From contig OZ024750.1 in NCBI GenBank assembly GCA_964016885.1, forward strand, positions 21,266,001-21,330,000: a DNA stretch of 64,000 nucleotides. The letters are read 5' to 3'. The stretch comes from Eledone cirrhosa. Taxonomy: Eukaryota. The notes under the pieces are model-generated. The model had not been told where the DNA came from and did not search any database. It saw only the letters and a list, made by a program, of their open reading frames with translations. A program made the position numbers and the translations under genes. The stretch's first letter is position 1; every line of letters starts with the position of its first letter. Positions 16,991 to 29,722 of the stretch are shown here, piece by piece.

Positions 16991-17315
16991 AGAAACAGAT
17001 AATGCTTATACTGTTGGTTCCACTTCAATTTATTATAAATTTCCGGTTGCTTGGTGGGTTTGATAACCGGATGGATGTTTATATATTGTCTAAGCTCTTT
17101 CGTCACATCTTGTGTAGGACAGAACAAAGGAGGGACACAAAATTAATACTTAATCACTGAGGAGGTCACATAATGTGTGACGAAAGATAGTTGACAATAT
17201 ATGAAAGACCATTCGGTTATCGAACCAAATATAATAAATTGAAGTAAAACGAACAGGTGAGTGTGTTTTTATTGCAGCATGACCCTCCCAAAGTCTAACA
17301 ATATTTATGTATATA
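16990..17315 (+). mobile_element. Diverged fold-back element in (TA)n with hammerhead-like core; probable PLE pLTR remnant
   Basis: About 16990-17108 is an imperfect reverse complement of about 17172-17272. The plus arm has CTGAGGA-G-GTCACA-TAATG-TGTGAC-GAAA at about 17157-17185. Confidence 0.55.
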
Positions 17316-20300
17316 TATAAATTTTATCTCGAGGTCGTATTTGAATAGAGAAAAGGCAACACAGAGCAGCCGTGTTGCCTTTTACCTTAAATTGTACCAC
17401 AACTTTCGTATTGTCACATCCTTCGAATTACATATTTCTCATAGTCTGCATGCATTAAACCGAATGGACTTAACTAACGGGCCCCAAGCATCAGCTGATA
17501 GTTTTAAAACATGTAATGAATTGAATCTACATTATCTCGGTCTCGTGTTAGCAATATTGTTCCATTGTAAATTCGCTTCCATCAATTATTCGATGATTGT
17601 GTCAGATTAAAGTTGAAAATCGTTAGAAATTAGTTTGCTTACTATAAAAAGTAAATATGAATATATGTTTCAAGAGTGTTATTTGCATATTCTGAAGTCT
17701 CTCTTACTTTTCTATGTAATATCATTTGTTCTCATCGTAATCTTACCGTTGAACAGAATATAAGATCCCGTTAAGATGAGAATACACCGCTCATTCAATT
17801 ACCGGTTGACGTCATTTTCAATTATACTGTTAATGTGTTGGAAAAGGCATGAAATTTACAATAGCACATTCAAAGTAGAGAGCCATTGTGCCTCGTCAAA
17901 AGAAAGCAATATTATCTTTATCACATTAAATAACAAAATCAGAGATAGATTTTTAATGGGTTTTCTTTTCGAAACATTCATATCTCTAAGATGTAACCTT
18001 CTTGCTTTAAACAATCGATTCTTCACTATTGATGTTGTATAAAGTATATTTAATGATATTTCACAATATATTTGAAGTGACCATAATAACACTGTCAAAT
18101 TATTTATTGTAGTCGATTCAATTCTTAAAGACAAGCAGGAACTTTTCACTGTTTCACTAGATTCCATTCTCTCTCTTTCTCTCTTCTCTCCTATAAATTC
18201 TATAAATCTGAAACATTTTCTCTGTTAAGTAGAAATTAAAATGTTACCATTGTTTCCGAGAGAAAGTCTCACAAGAGATCGAGCTTCCGTTTTTATACTT
18301 CTGAATTCTGACAAATACACAATGTGAAACTATAGAGGTTTAAATCAATTGATCATACTAAAACTGTTTACACAATTCAAGTCATTTCCAGAACAAAATT
18401 CTTTGCATGGTGAGGGCTATACGGTATGCATTTATAAACAACGTAGAGAAATAGAGAGGTCATAGATTCAAGTTTACCACTGGAGTTTGGTGCAGATGTT
18501 TTTGTTGCAGATGTTGTTGTTCTTAATGTTGCTGTTGTATATGAGGCTTGGTGTTGTTATGGTGGATTTAATACTGGCGTTGTGGCAGTTGTGGCCTCTT
18601 ATTTTTTCGTTGTGGCTGAGGCTGGTGTTTTTAGGCTTCCTTTGTTGCTGATGTTGCTCTTAGGTTTGTTTTACTGCTGATGTGTTTGGGGTTTTGAGAA
18701 TGATGCTGGTTCTGCTGGTACTGGTTATAGTTATCGTTTTCCAGCCGTTTTTATCGGCTTTTTTCAGGATGATGTTACGATGGTTTTGTTGATGTTGTAC
18801 AATTTTGTGTTTGTTTAACCCACATCTGACCTGATCGAGCAGAATGAAGTATAATACTGTAAGGATTGACGTATCGCAATACAATAAATGAATTGAATTT
18901 TCCTATTTAGATGGAGAATTAAACATTAGCAATGCACAAAAATATGCTAGATAATTTCAAGTAGTTAAGAAAAAGAAACGTTAAAAAAATAATTATCATG
19001 CTTAAGGTAATACCCAAACTTTTTTAACAGGATTGACGACAGAGAGTAATATATTCTGGGTGTATTGGCTCTCATTAATGCAGCATAGTCAGTCTAAACC
19101 TGCAGGGCCAGTAGGCAATAGTTTTCACATGCAGAAAAATGTTATGAAGTTATTTGAGCTGCAGTATATTTGTATCATATTAGAACTATTATGGAACTAC
19201 GGCAAACTTAATATCATGACTTAATATAAATAACGTAAGTGTTAGAATGACGTATAAGAAGCGTTGTTATGAATAGACATTTTACTCATATTCTGTCGAT
19301 GTGTACCTCAGATCAAAGCGTAACAACTTCTGTGGCTATTGCTTACGATTTCTTTTAAGAATGCATCAAGAATTATACTAACTTCTTTAAAATAATAAAG
19401 TATATCTTGTAGGTTATATTGTTACTATATCTTGCATGTCACGGGACTTCATGTATGTTTCTACATTTGGTCGGCTAACTTATTTCTTTTAATTACTTTG
19501 AAACCACAGTTAAACCTATCGGGATTTAATCTGAGTGTGCTAAAGGAGATAACTCAATACCAGTGGAAGATATTTCGATGCGCTAATTTGTTTCCAAAGT
19601 ATTAGCCTAAAGGAGAAACATAATTATTTTCAGTATATCTGATTGAGAATAAACTTCAAAATTCCCAACATTCTGCCTAATACCTTTCACAGTATCTCTG
19701 TGGAGATTTGATTTTATTACCAATTTATTTATATCGATACCATCAGAGCTACATAAACCCGTAGACATAGCTGTTTTCCCAATTTTATTGTATCGCCTAT
19801 TTCCCTCGATATATTTTTGCTTATTTTAAAATAAAATATGATAAAATAAATGAATAAATAAAATAAACATTATAGCCATTTTCAGTGGCATGGAGATTCC
19901 TTGAATCCGTAATAAATATAGTTTTGCCTTTTATTTCTATATTTATTTTATTTTTACATAGATCACAAATACGAATTTCCAATGTATAGTTTTTCACATA
20001 AATGGAGATAGGTCTTCTCTTGCAAACATAAGGATGAACAAAATATCAATTGAATGGTATTCAGTTTCAAAGAATTCTTATCAATATTGATAACTACAAT
20101 TACTACTTGCTTTCTCTCAAGAGATACTGACCGACTTGTCTATCATTTCGAATCACTTATTTTATGGGTGCTAGCGATATTGACTGCTATAACTGTAATC
20201 TAAATAATATCTTGTTTTAAGAGAAAATGTGGAGAAATCATAGTGCCAATCAGTCCTTCCTACACGCTACCCTACCATTACCATCTGAAGTATATTACAT

Positions 20301-21785
20301 TTACATTTCTATCGCACATCACCTTCTCTGTGATCAATCGGAGTTAAAGCGACAGAAGTCAAACCTGACTTATTATTGTTTTCACGTTACTCGAGGTTAT
20401 AAATCTTCTCCCCATCTTTCCTCGTATCCTGCACACGACTATACGAACGCAACTTAGAGATAATTTACTTTTGGCAAAATGTAACTAGATTGTTACAGAA
20501 CAGTAAATAAATATCTTGATGAAATGCCAACATCATGTATTATGTTTTACAACTACATTTATAATCTTGTCCAACTATTTTACTTCCAATTTTATAATAT
20601 ATGTTTTGCTTCTTGGTTTTGTTTATAGCATTCTTACTAGCATTACAAAAATTATAGATCGTATTATATTCTTTAATTTTGATTTTTATTTTAATTTTAA
20701 TTTAATTAATATCTTATTTTTCTCTACTGTAATTTCTATATAGTAGTTTGTATACTGTAGCAGGCATATATTCCATATAATTGTTTAAAAGAGATCAAAA
20801 TAGTATCAAGTTACAGAGTGTATATGAGAATAAACCATTTATATCTGTGTAGCTATCTCGAAAGAAAGTGAATACGATTATCTATAGTATCGGCGCATAG
20901 TATACAGATTGCTCCCATGTATTTTCATAATATTCTTCCAGTTATGAATTTGTGTTGTGAGAGATATATCATTGATTTTTTTCTTTTTCCATTCTTATTA
21001 ACAGCTGCCAAGTGGAACTCTGACTCTGCTGTTTTGTACTGAAAATAAAAACCAACTTGCAATGAATGTTCTGCATAGGTGTTGAGTAGCCGGGGATATG
21101 GAAGCGAGCAACATACCACGTATTAACAAATTTACAATTGACGTCCGATTCATCTTGATGGTGTTGTACCATATCTAGTATATACATCAATGCCTGAGTT
21201 GAAATGGTGTCAAGCATACTCAATGGATATTTTAAACTGTTCTGGTATATGTTTCGTTTTTCCTCCGAGAACATGGAATTATTGCAACTTAATTTAAGTT
21301 TCCACAGTTAATATTTCGTTTGTAGCAAATTGCCCGAAATTCCGTTCATTTATGTACCACTTACTAAAAAACCATCCCTGAAAATAAGGATTAAATGTTG
21401 GTCAATACGGCTGGCATATGTATTTGCTAAACCATGTGATATGTAGTCAAAATGGATATACCACGGGGGAAAGAAATGATGTAATGAGACAGAAAATACC
21501 TTTTTTAAATCAGAAAGGTATTATTTCCATCTACATATATTTCTCACTCTTCCTCTACCTCTCCTACTCCGTCTAAACAAATATACTTATTTGTATATGT
21601 GTCCAGTTACCTGTGATGTGATGCTGGGTTTGTAAGTATGTGTAGACATACAGATATGTATTCTCTGGCTTCGTAAAAAAAAAAATTAGAAGACTGTTGT
21701 GATATCATATTTTATTCAGTTTCCAAATATTGTTTATACATATACATACATATACATACACACACATATATATATATATATACAT

Positions 21786-21843
<58 letters not shown>

Positions 21844-21909
21844 CACCAGATCTTCTAACGTCATATTTTCAAGTGTTTGGCTAAGCTGTTAAGTAAAGAG
21901 AATCACAAC

Positions 21910-22329
21910 ATGGCCCATGTCAATACCTGGATTTTACTGCTGTTTATTGCATTCAACTTATCGACTATTGAAAGTGTCACCCAAGGAACGCCACCAACGG
22001 TCAGCATGGCTGTACTGGCTTCGGAAGACCCTTTCACTAAATCAAAACTCATTGGATATGTTATACGATCAATCAACCAATACCGACGCAAACCGCTTGC
22101 ATTTAAACCAACCGGTTATTTGAAGGCAATTCAGTCTGGGAGTACCAGAGAAATACTGGATGCTTTTTGCAATGATTTCTTTCGGAACAATACCATAGCC
22201 ATAATGCATATTAACAATCAAGCAATATTACCAGAGCAGCCCTCCGCTGCGCGTTACATACCTCAGTTGGCTCACGCAGTTGGAATACCCGTCATCTCTT
22301 GGAATCCAGAAAACACTATGGCTATACAT
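21910..22329 (+). CDS. Nmdar2: First coding exon of an NMDA-type ionotropic glutamate receptor subunit (GluN2/Nmdar2-like): signal peptide plus start of the amino-terminal domain
   Basis: ATG at 21910 (acaacATGg) is followed by a hydrophobic signal peptide (WILLLFIAFNLS). The segment EILDAFCNDFFRNNTIAIMHINN...[24 protein letters not shown] closely parallels the invertebrate GluN2 ATD as I recall it (AILxxLCxEF...[23 protein letters not shown]). A canonical donor CAT|GTAAGT at 22329/22330 gives 140 codons, phase 0. A possible acceptor ttttcaag lies at about 21873. Confidence 0.82.
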
Positions 22330-22821
22330 GTAAGTACGCAGTCTGTGTTAATCTCGTTGAATTCTTTTAATATTTTTTACTATTTTCAGCCATTAGATTG
22401 CAACAGTGTTTTATCACCTTATATGGATTTTAGGCGTTTATATCGACACCAACACATATTTTTATAAGCATATATGCATCTATGTATGTATTTCTACAAA
22501 GGGTGGAGGAACTCAGCAGAGTCAACGGCCATACAAATAGTACTTTTTTTTTCACCTGGGTGCGAAAGGCCCCCAGTTGTTCTCACAACATCTTTCTAGG
22601 AGAGGGGAAACTCTGAAAAAAAACACCTGTGGCTTCGGAAGCATCCGATGATGTTGATCAGTTCTCCTTTTCGGGTAGTGTTTTCAATACTCAGATGGTG
22701 GGATTGGTCGAGTGGAAGGCCTTTCCCCACTTAAAAAAACCATTTTTTTATCAGGATATGTTACAGGCTTGTGTACCAAACTCTATAATTGCAGTAGTCT
22801 TAGCAGAGTTTGCATCCATCG

Positions 22822-22867
<46 letters not shown>

Positions 22868-22870
<3 letters not shown>

Positions 22871-23054
22871 GTTTCTACTTTAGGCACAAGGCCAGCAATT
22901 ACCCAGTGCATTACTGGTACTTTATTTTATCGACCCCGTAAGGATGAAAGGCAAAGTCAACCTCGGCGGGATTTGAACTCAGATCGTAAAGGGACGTAAC
23001 TACGCTGGAAAGCATGGTGTCCGACCCTCCACCGATACTGCCAATCCACCGCCT
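22868..23054 (-). mobile_element. tRNA-derived SINE (main family)
   Basis: Full-length reverse-complement copy flanked by (TA)n. Confidence 0.88.
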
Positions 23055-24049
23055 TTATATATATATAATGTGTGTGTGTGAGTGTATTTCCCGTATACTA
23101 AATTACCCCTCAAATGGCATTAGACGACTCCAGGCCATAATAGAATAGACACAGGCACAAATTGCCGCTCAGTGGGACTGAACTCGTAACAGCGTGGAAT
23201 TTAGGCGGATTCATTTTTACCACAGCCATACCTATGCCGTATGCTAATTTTCATTTTGATATTTCCATTAGAAGCAATGCTAATTTACCAACATGTCTAA
23301 CACACTTACCATCATTTTAAATGACAACATTACATCTAAGAAAAGCAAATTTTTGTATCATGCAATAACATTAGAACCATATTGTTTAAGAATAGTTATT
23401 ATTTTTATCTGAAATATCGCAGAATCAATATCAGAGTTATTGTTGTGTAGAGTCGATAAATCCATGTTTTTACTTTCCAACTTTTCCAGCACGAAATGTT
23501 TATTGGTTTCTATTTGACGTTGTATTGATTCCTAAAAAGGGGCCATCATTTGACAATTGGTACATGAATAAATTTGTATAACCGGAATTGAATAAATCCT
23601 TACAAGTGTAGTCTGGGGTATCTGCAAAATAGCTAGAGAAAAATTATCAAGTAAAATTTTTACCCACCTTTCAACACAATGTAAAAATCAATATAGATTT
23701 TGATTTGTTTCCATTTTTATCTTTTCATTGAAGCATTATGTTCTATTGCAAAGAAAGAGTAAAGCCAAATGATAATAATAATAATAATAATAATAATAAT
23801 CACGATGATAAGAATAATAATAATAACTATAATAATCATATAATAAAATATAAATCAGATAATCATAAATGTTCCTGTCACTATATGACTATTTTCTTTT
23901 TTTGTTTTGCTTTTTTTACTTTGTAATAGTGGTACAAATGTTGGTTCAAAATATAATTTAGTAAAAAAAAAATTGCTTTAAAAATAAATGGATTTCTCCG
24001 TCGTTTCTTTAACGTTTATCATCATCATTGTTATTATTATTATTATTAT

Positions 24050-24458
24050 TTTCTTTCATTACTGTTTCTGAGATATATGGCGAGTGCCTTCCTGACACCT
24101 AGGGCAAATAAATTCACAGTGTGCATTGGTAAGCCAGTTAATACAGCACATTGATTATAATTTAAAAAAAAAAAAAAAAAGAACAGTATACACATATACA
24201 CATGTCCATATGCATATGTAAATACAAGGAGGGAACTCTATCCTACAGAGAGAGTGCTCTTCTCAATCCGTCTGCAGTACCAGTCAAAACAATGTTTTGC
24301 TCCTCGTGCAGAGAGGGTAAACCAGGAATCATTCGCAAATATTGTTCTGTTCCTTTCTTGATCATTCCCAGTCCTCCCACAATCACGAGTATTGTAACGG
24401 CCTTGAGGTGCCACATTTTCTCAATTTCAATAAGCAGATCTTTATATTTTCGTAGCTT
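24050..24458 (-). mobile_element. R4/Dong-type RLE non-LTR retrotransposon, 3' fragment (subfamily A)
   Basis: KYKDLLIEIEKMWHLKAVTILVIVGGLGMI...QNIVLTGTADGLRRALSL* is a restriction-like endonuclease C-terminus. It is bounded by (TTA)n on both sides. Confidence 0.85.
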
Positions 24459-24477
24459 ATTATTATTATTATTATTA

Positions 24478-27398
24478 CAGTTGCATTTATCTTGCTTTAT
24501 GTTCATACGAGTTATCACCAAGTCGCAACCAGTGTCTTCAAGAGACAACAAGGTCCGCCATGTTCAAGAAAGAACATACATACACACACATGCATCTTCT
24601 TGTGATGTACTTATATTGACATAATCTTCCTTAGTATATGCGCAGTTCCCATTAGTACTATCTTTTATATTTCTCCTATACGCGCGTTTCCTGGGGTTTG
24701 CGATAAGCAATCATTAGACCCCTAAGGTATTATTCCTAGAACGTCAACAACCACTGGTATTGTTTTAGTTCTCAATTTCCACATTTTTTCCAATTATACT
24801 TGCTCAATTTTTCAAATGTTTTTATAGATACATTCTTGTCTATTGGAACGGACATATCAATTAGCAGGCATACCCTCTTTTTAAAGTCCTTCAGTATTAT
24901 ATCTGGTCTATTTGCATCTATTTTTCGGTCTGTTTGGATGCTAAAGTTCCACAAGATTGAGATGTGATCTTTTTCAAGTATGGGAGGTGGTTGATGCTCC
25001 CACCAATTCTTTTGATGGGGCAGGTCAAAATGCGTACACATTATCCAATGTATGTATTGTGCAGCTCTGTCATGCTTATTTAGGTATTCGGTTGGAGCTA
25101 TAGGACTGCACATTGAAATTATATGATCAATGGTCTCTGGTTGTTCTTTACATACACGGCATAATGGGTTGCATCCGTTTTGTATTATGGGTTGCATCCG
25201 TTTTGTTGGCTTGGTAATTTTTTGTTGGCAGACACTGATTTTGTGCTGATATAATCAGTCCTTCAGTCTCCGATTTCAGTCCAGAGGATGCCAATCACTG
25301 ATGGGTTAATGTTTTGTCAACATCAGGATATTTAGCTCTTTCTGGGTATTTTCCATACAGAGGCTTTTCTTGCCATTTCTTAGCCAGTTTCTGTAGCAGT
25401 TCTTTCTTTGCAGTTACTTTTACCTGCTTTGCCTTTTCTGTGTTTTTCATTTCAGCAGTAAATGGAACTTCTGAGATTTGTAGTCCATTACTGCATTTTT
25501 GTGCATCTTTTGTAATGGAGTATGATCTTTTGATGCTTTCGTGTTTCAAAACGAGTTTGGTCATCCAATCATGTGATTCCCTTAGATATGTATATAATCC
25601 AATTGTTGCAGTTTTCAACGCAATCTCTAACTGGATTAACCCACGTCCTCCTTCTTTCCTAGAGAGATATATTCTATCTGTATCTGCCTTAGGGTGATGC
25701 ATTATGTGCATGGTTAAGAATTTTCTAATTTTTGTATCGAGCCTACGGATCTCTGTGCTTGACCAGTTGATGACATTGTAACTGTAGGTTACTACTGGTA
25801 TGGCAAGCGTGTTTATGGCATCGATCCTATTCCTTGCATTCAATTCCGTCCTTAAGATTTCTCTTACTCTGCGGTAACATTCCTTCCTTATCCTTTCCCT
25901 CATTGTCGAGTGCTTGATTCTGTCTCCTTCACAAACACCTAGATATTTGCAGGTTTCCTCTTGATCAAGCTCTCTTATCACATTCCCCTGATCAAGATTA
26001 ATGTCTGAACTTTTCAGCAGCTTTCTGGTGAACGTTGCTTTGGCGCATTTATCTAGTCCAAACTCCATTCTAATGTCATCACTGAACTGCTTCACAGTGG
26101 ATAATAGCCCTTGCAATTGCTCATCATTTTTTACAAATAGTTTCAGGTCATCCATGTAGATCAAGTGATTAATGGTTTTGTCATAGACTTTATATCCATG
26201 TTGTTTCATTGAGCATTTTACTTAATGGTATAAGTGCGATGCAGAATAAAAGCGGTGATAAAGAGTCACTCTGAAAAATTCCACAATTAATATTAACTTC
26301 TCCAGCTTCCAGTGATTTTTGTTCACTATTCAAAAGGAGTGTCGTTTTCCATGTCTTCATACTGAATGACAGGAACCTCCTGTCAACGGGAAATATTTTG
26401 AAAATCTCTAAACACTTTTCAATCCAACTGTGTGGCAAACTATCGGATGCTTTTTTATAATCTATCCAAGCAATTGATAGATTGTTGTGTCTATTATAAC
26501 AATCTTCCAGTATCATTTTGTTAACCAAAAGCTGATATGAGCCATACAGCCATATGAGCCTAGTTTACACCCTTTCTGCTCATTGGGAAATAGATCATTT
26601 GTTATCAGGTGGTCAGATGTATATTCAGTTAGGACTGATGTTAAAATGTTATACATTGTGGTCAAGCAAGTTATCGGTCTGTAATTTTGGGGATTGTTTG
26701 TCTCATCATTCTTCGGAAGTAGGAATGAAATGCCGTTAACTAGCCATGATGGTATCTTTTCTGGCTCCTTAACTATTTCATTGAAAAGTTGGGCTAACAG
26801 CTCATGAGACTATGTGAAGACATTTATCCAAAATTTTGGTATTTTGTCTTTTCCTGGGGATTTCCATTTGCTGTTTTTTCTAAGAGCCAAACGCAACTGT
26901 TCAACTGTTGTATTTTCCCATGTTTGTTCCTCAAGGTGAGCTGTATCTTTCATCTGTCTGTCTATCCTTGGGGCATGTATATTATGAACTTTTTCTTCGG
27001 CCCAGATCTTTTCCCAGAATTCTTGCACTTCCTCCTTGGGGGGTATTGATTTAGCAGTTATTGTTGACTTGCCAATTTTTCTGTAGAAGTTTCTTTGGTT
27101 GTTTTTGAACATATTATTGCCCTTATAGAATCTAGATCGTTTTTCAAAGCGCCTTATACGAGCAGCTTTGGCCGACACTTTTTGCTTGATTATTTCTATC
27201 AGCATGTCTATGTCACTTGTTGATTTTATACTGTATTTTCTTTTCAATTTTCTAAGTTTAGTTTGCTTAACCTACTTTGTAGTTTGCTAAAATGTCTATG
27301 TCAGATCGGAGAAGGTTTATTTGGCGATTGATGTTCTCTTGCCAAGTAGATTTATTGTGGGAATTCCTTTGTTTTTTCATTTTCACTCCACATAAGTG
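24478..27398 (-). mobile_element. R4/Dong-type RLE non-LTR retrotransposon, about 2.9-kb 5'-truncated and frameshifted copy (subfamily B)
   Basis: RT motifs: KSPGKDKI, AWIDYKKA, GIFQSDSLSPLLF, HLIYMDDLKLF, FGLDKC, KYLG. CCHC: CRVC...ETIDHIISMC. RLE: RPDII...LLIDMSVP...EK. Several frameshifts and stops are present. Confidence 0.92.
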
Positions 27399-27422
27399 AT
27401 AATAATAATTATTATTATTATT

Positions 27423-28206
27423 CTTTGAGTCTCAGTCATTGATGTTAGTTAACTGGAAAGTTTGTTGAAATGAATATCAAGCCACTACCTGCAGCCTCAG
27501 ATATTCAGGACGTATCGGAGGGTTCTTGCTGTTCCCAGCAAGCATGCCTTTTGAAGCGTTCCAAAATGCGTGAAGGGGCCAATTTTCTTTAACCATCCCT
27601 GGAAACTTTTTGAGATAGTACCTAGTGCGCCTATGACAATCGGGACCACTTTGACTTCATGGCAGTTCCAAATCCTTTTTACATCCCACTTTAAGTCCTG
27701 GTATCGGTTAATTTTCTCCCTCTCCTTCTCGTGCACTCTCGTGTCGAATGGGCAGGCCACATCCACAATCAGGCACGATCTTTTTTCTTTGTCCACAACC
27801 ACCAGGTCAGGTCTATAGTGTTCCAGTTTCTTGTCCGTCTGTATCGTAAAATCCCACAGCACCTTCACCTGATCGTTTTCTATCACCGACTCTGGCTTAT
27901 GCTCATACCACTTCTCAGAATGTGGTAAATTGTTTACTTTGCATAGGTGCCAGTGGATCACCCTGCCCATCACATCATGTCTCCAGCCTTTATAGTGAGT
28001 CTGGGCTAGGTGTTTACACTCGGATACAATGTGAGCCACAGTCTCCTCTCTCTCTCCACAGATCCTGCACAGTGGGCTAGTCTCCTCCTTGTAAATATGG
28101 TGTTTCAACCACTTCGTTTTGAGGGCCTGCTCTTGCGCAGCCATTAACATTCCTTCTGTAGCCTTTTTAAGGTCTCCTTTTTCAACCAGTTCCATGTCTG
28201 TGGATC
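27423..28206 (-). mobile_element. R4/Dong-type RLE retrotransposon 3' fragment (divergent subfamily C)
   Basis: ORF 27497..28195 has CRICGEREETVAHIVSEC, RHD, RPDLVVVD...IVDVACPFD...EKINRY and VVPIVIGALG. It is bounded by (TTA)n. Confidence 0.9.
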
Positions 28207-28227
28207 TCTTATTATTATTATTATTAT

Positions 28228-29722
28228 TTGTATTTATCTTGCTTTATGTTTATACGAGTTATCACCAAGTCACAACCAGTGACCTCAAGAAACAACAAGG
28301 TCCGCCATGTTCAAGAAAGAACATACATATTCACACATGCATCCTTAGTGTTTAGACTTGTGATGTACTTATATTGACAGGATCTTCCTTAGTATATGGG
28401 CAGTTCCCATTAGTACTATCTTTTGTATTTCTCCTATACGCGGGTTTCCTGGGATTTGCGATAAGTAGTCGTTAGACCCCTTAGGTATAATTCCCAGAGC
28501 GCCTACAACCACTGGTATTGTTTTAGTTCTCAATTTCCACATTTTTCCAATTTCTATCTCCAGGTCCTTATACTTGCTCAATTTTTCAAATGTTTTTATA
28601 GATACATTCTTGTCTATTGGAACGGACATATCAATTAGCAGGCATACCCTCCTTTGAAAGTCCTTCAATATTATATCAGGTCTATTTGCATCTATTTTTC
28701 GGTCTGTTTGGATGCTAAAGTTCCACAAGATTGAGATGTGATCTTTTTCAAGTATGGGAGGTGGTTGATGCTCCCACCAATTCTTTTGATGGGGCAGGTC
28801 AAAATGCTTACACATTATCCAATGTATGTATTGTGCAGCTCTGTCATGCCTGTTTAGGTATTCGGTTGGAGCTATAGGACTGCACATTGAAATTATATGG
28901 TCAATGGTCTCTGGTTGTTTTTTGCATACACGGCATAATGGGCTGCACCCATTTTTTATTATGTTGGCTTGGTAATTTTTTGTTGGCAGACACTGATCTT
29001 GTGCCGATATAATCAGTCCTTCAGTCTCCGATTTCAGTCCAGAGGATGCCAACCACTGATGGGTTAAAATTTTGTCAACATCAGGATTGTTAGCTCGCTC
29101 TGGGTATTTTCCATACAGAGGCTTTTCTTGCCATTTCTTAGCCAGTTTCTGTAGCAGTTCTTTCTTTGCAGTTACTTTTACCTGCTTTGCTTTTTCTGTG
29201 TTTTCCATTTCAGCAGTAAATGGGACTTCTGAAATGTGTAGTCCATTACTGTATCTTTGTGCATCTTTTGTAATGGAATATGATCTTTTGGTGCTTTCGT
29301 GTTTCAAAACGAGTTTGATCATCCAATCATGTGATTCCCTTAGATATGTGGATAATCCAATTGTTGCAGTTTTCAACGCAATGTCTAACTGGATTAACCC
29401 ACGTCCTCCTTCTTTCCTAGGGAGATATATTCTATCTATGTCTGCCTTAGGGTGATGCATTCTGTGCATGGTTAAGAATTTTCGGATTTTTGTATCGAGC
29501 CTACGGATCGCTGTGCTTGATCAGTTGATGACATTGTAACTGTAGGTTACTACTGGTATGGCAAGCGTGTTTATGGCATCGATCCTATTCCTTGCATTCA
29601 ATTCCGTTCTTAAGATTTCTCTTACTCTGCGGTAACATTCCTTCCTTATCCTTTCCCTCATTGTCGAGTGCTTGATTCCGTCTCCTTCACAAACACCTAG
29701 ATATTTGTAAGTTTTTTCTTGA
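28228..29722 (-). mobile_element. R4/Dong-type RLE retrotransposon, 1.5-kb 3' fragment (subfamily B, better preserved)
   Basis: The uninterrupted ORF 28369..29469 is highly similar to 24610-25960 and carries CCHC plus RLE. Its 3' UTR is shared with 24478-24608. It is bounded by (TTA)n. Confidence 0.92.

Noticed and set aside
22330-22467. C-terminal extension of the 196-aa ORF
   Set aside because: It is read-through past a canonical GTAAGT donor, and similarity to GluN2 ends at the donor.
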